The translations under genes and the position numbers were made by a program. This document shows positions 61,324 to 64,000 of a DNA stretch of 64,000 nt, one piece after another. Source of the stretch: Malacoraja senta (Eukaryota); contig CM075990.1 of assembly GCA_038087875.1 (NCBI GenBank), positions 12,650,001-12,714,000 on the forward strand, written 5' to 3'. Position 1 is the first letter of the stretch. Every line of letters begins with the position of its first letter. Under the pieces are notes generated by a model. It was not told the DNA's origin, searched no databases, and saw nothing but the letters and a program-made list of their open reading frames with translations.

Positions 61324-61601
61324 TTAGTTTAGTTTAGAGATACAGCGCAGAAACAGGCCTTTCTGCCCACTGAGTCCACACCAACTAGTGATCCCCGCAC
61401 ACGAGGGACAATTTACAATTTTACCAAGCCAATTCGCCTATAGACCAGTACGTCTTTGGAGTGTGGGAGGAAACCGAGCGCCCGGAGAAAACCCACGCAG
61501 GTCACTTGGGGAACGTACTAACTCCGTAAAGACAGCACCCGGGTCGAACCCGGGTAACTGACTCGGTAAGGCAGCAACTCTACTGCCGCACCACCATGCC
61601 G
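61324..61601 (-). mobile_element. V-SINE (HE1-like)
   Basis: Same family. Confidence 0.83.
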
Positions 61602-62067
61602 TTTAATTTTGTGATATATATCGTTCCTCATCAATGACCAAATATGGTATAACCTGTAGTAATTAAATATTACTAAACACCTCAAATTGAATGATAATTT
61701 GATCCCCACACAGATGCTACACGTTGCAACAGGTGCAGAGATATATCTTGTACAATTTAGAGGGATATGCTGATTAACCTGTCCACTCCCTGGTCTGCTC
61801 TTACTTCAAATGGTGATAATTCATCATTCTGTCAGAATGGACAGCACATTATTGATATGGATAAACTGCAACTAAGTTAATCAGGCATTTACTTCTTCCA
61901 ATACAAATCAAAGGAAACACATTTCCCAGTACAGAGATTTCTGGTCAGCCTGAAGCTATTTCTGGACCCCACATGGCAAGGAATAATGTAAGGTCAAATC
62001 AAGATAGATCGGGTAGATGCACAGAGTCTCTTGCCCAGAGCAGGTGAATCAAGGACCAGATGACATA

Positions 62068-63663
62068 CAGTGGCTTGCAAAAGTTTTCATACCCCTTAAA
62101 CTTTTCCACATTTTGTCACGTTACAACCACAAACGTAAATGTATTTTATTGGGATTTTATGTGATAGACCAACACAAAGTGGTGCATAATTGTGAAGTGG
62201 AAGGAAAATGATACATGGTTTTCAAACTTTTTTACAAATAAAAAACTGAAAAGTGTGGCGTGCAAAAGTATTCAGCCCCCCTGAGTCAATACTTTGTAGA
62301 ACCACCTTTTGCTGCAATTACAGCTGCAAGTCTTTTGGGGTATGTCTCTACCAGCTTTGCACATCTAGAGACTGACATTTTTGCCCATTCTTCTTTGCAA
62401 AATAACTCAAGCTCAGTCAGATTGGATGGAGAGCATCTGTGAACAGCAATTTTCAAGTCTTGCCAGAGATTCTCAATTGGATTTAGGTCTGGAATTTGAC
62501 TGGGCCATTCTAACACATGAATATGCTTTGATCTAAACCATTCCATTGTAGCTCTGGCTGTATGTTTAGGGTCGTTGCCCTGCTGGAAGGTGAACCTCCG
62601 CCCCAGTCTCAAGTCTTTTGCAGACTCTAACAGGTTTTCTTCCAAGATTGCCCTGTATTTGGCTCTATCCATCTTCCCATCAACTCTGACCAGCTTCCCT
62701 GTCCCTGCTGAAGAAAAGCATCCCCACAGCATGATGCTGCCACCACCATGTTTCACAGTGGGGATGGTGTGTTCAGGGTGATGTGCAGTGTTAGTTTTCC
62801 GCCACACATAGCGTTTTGCATTTAGGCCAAAAACTTCAATTTTGGTCTCATCTGACCAGAGCACCTTCCTCCACGTTTGCTGTCCCACACATGACTTGTG
62901 GCAAACTGCAAACGGGACTTCTTATGGCTTTCTTCTTGCCACTCTTCCATAAAGGCCCGATTTGTGGAGTGCACGACTAATAGTTGTCCTGTGGACAGAT
63001 TCTCCCACCTGAGCTGTGGATCTCTGCAGCTCCTCCAGAGTTACCATGGGCCTCTTGGCTGCTTCTCTGATCAATGCTCTCCTTGCCCGGCCTGTCAGTT
63101 TAGGTGGATGGCCATGTCTTGGTAGGTTTGCAGTTGTGCCATACTCTTTCCATTTTCGGATGATGGATTGAACAGTGCTTCGTGAGATGTTCAAAGCTTG
63201 AGATATTTTTTTATAACCTAACCCTGCTTTAAACTTCTCCACAACTTTATCCCTGACCTGTCTGGTGTGTTCCTTGGGTTTAATGATGCTGTTTGTTCAC
63301 TAATGTTTTCTAACAAACCTCTGAGGCCTTCACAGAACAGCTGTATTTATACTGAGATTAGATTACACACAAGTGGACTCTATTTACTAATTAGGTGACT
63401 TCTAAAGGCAATTGGTTGCACTGGATTGTATTTAGGGGTATCAGAGTAAAGGGGTCTGATTACTTTTGCACGCCACACTTGTCAGTTTTTTATTTGTAAA
63501 AAAATTTGAAAACCATGTATCATTTTCCTTCCACTTCACAATTATGCGCCACTTTGTGTTGGTCTATCACATAAAATCCCAATAAAATACATTTACGTTT
63601 GTGGTTGTAACGTGACAAAATGTGGAAAAGTTCAAGGGGTATGAATACTTTTGCAAGCCACTG
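62068..63663 (-). mobile_element. Full-length Tc1/mariner transposon with long IR/DR terminal inverted repeats
   Basis: TA|CAGTGGCTTGCAAAAG...CTTTTGCAAGCCACTG|TA; about 210-bp near-identical TIRs; inner repeat GTGCAAAAGTATTCAGCCCC resembles the outer end. Confidence 0.96.
62286..63284 (-). pseudogene. Tc1 DD34E transposase, inactivated
   Basis: ORFs 62922-63242 (HTH, GHPPK) and 62286-62888 (WSDETK, PDLNPIEN); likely start ATG->ATT, break near 62890-62925, second catalytic Asp QQDND->QQGND with 34 residues to the Glu. Confidence 0.93.
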
Positions 63664-63930
63664 TAGGTTTAAGGTGAAGGGGAAAAGATTGAATAAGAAT
63701 CTGAGGGGTAGCTTTTTCACACAAATGGTGGGGGGTGTATGGAACAAGCTGCCAGAGGAGGTAGTTGAGGCAGGGAAAATCCCAACATTTAAGAAACAGT
63801 TAGGGTACATGGATAGGACAGGTTTGGAGGGATATGGACCAAACGCAGGTGGGACTAGTGCAGCTGGGACATGTTGGCCGTTGTGGGCAAGTTGGGCCGA
63901 AGGACCTGTTTCCACACTGTATCACTCAAT
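63664..63930 (+). mobile_element. CR1-type LINE 3' fragment split by the Tc1 (other half about 62000-62067)
   Basis: GGACCAGATGACATA | GGTTTAAGGTGAAGGGG rejoin into CR1 ORF2 C-terminus (RFKVKG..FFTQ..VWNKLP). Confidence 0.8.
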
Positions 63931-64000
63931 GACTATTTCTATGAGAACAAGGTAGACCTGACTGCTGGCCTAAGTAGGTCTACGAAATAGTATGCCTTGT

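Overview
Vertebrate genomic DNA, most likely a cartilaginous fish (skate/ray-like; inferred from HE1-type V-SINEs and CR1 LINEs). Two protein-coding genes lie tail to tail. (1) Plus strand, 203-41037: the last 19 coding exons of cadherin-23 (CDH23; exons 51-69 when the hair-cell cassette is numbered 68). They splice by GT-AG into an open frame of 946 aa covering the last cadherin repeats, membrane-adjacent domain, TM helix and cytoplasmic tail ending in the PDZ motif ITEL. (2) Minus strand, 61139-45832: nine exons (equivalent to exons 2-10, 407 aa, open frame) of a divergent SCaMC/APC-type mitochondrial ATP-Mg/Pi carrier (SLC25A23/24/25 family). Its three visible EF-hand loops have all lost Ca2+ ligands. 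Introns are dense in repeats: V-SINEs, CR1, L1, L2, Rex/Babar, Harbinger-like MITEs, a full-length but dead IR/DR Tc1, a teleost-like CORE-SINE, and about 15 Penelope-derived repeats, many carrying minimal hammerhead-ribozyme motifs. The most interesting signals are the EF-hand-dead carrier paralog, the hammerhead repeat family, the conserved CDH23 exon 68 with downstream GUGUG motifs, and a possible internal start for cytoplasmic CDH23-C. Comparisons with human proteins and repeat families are from memory; no searches were run.
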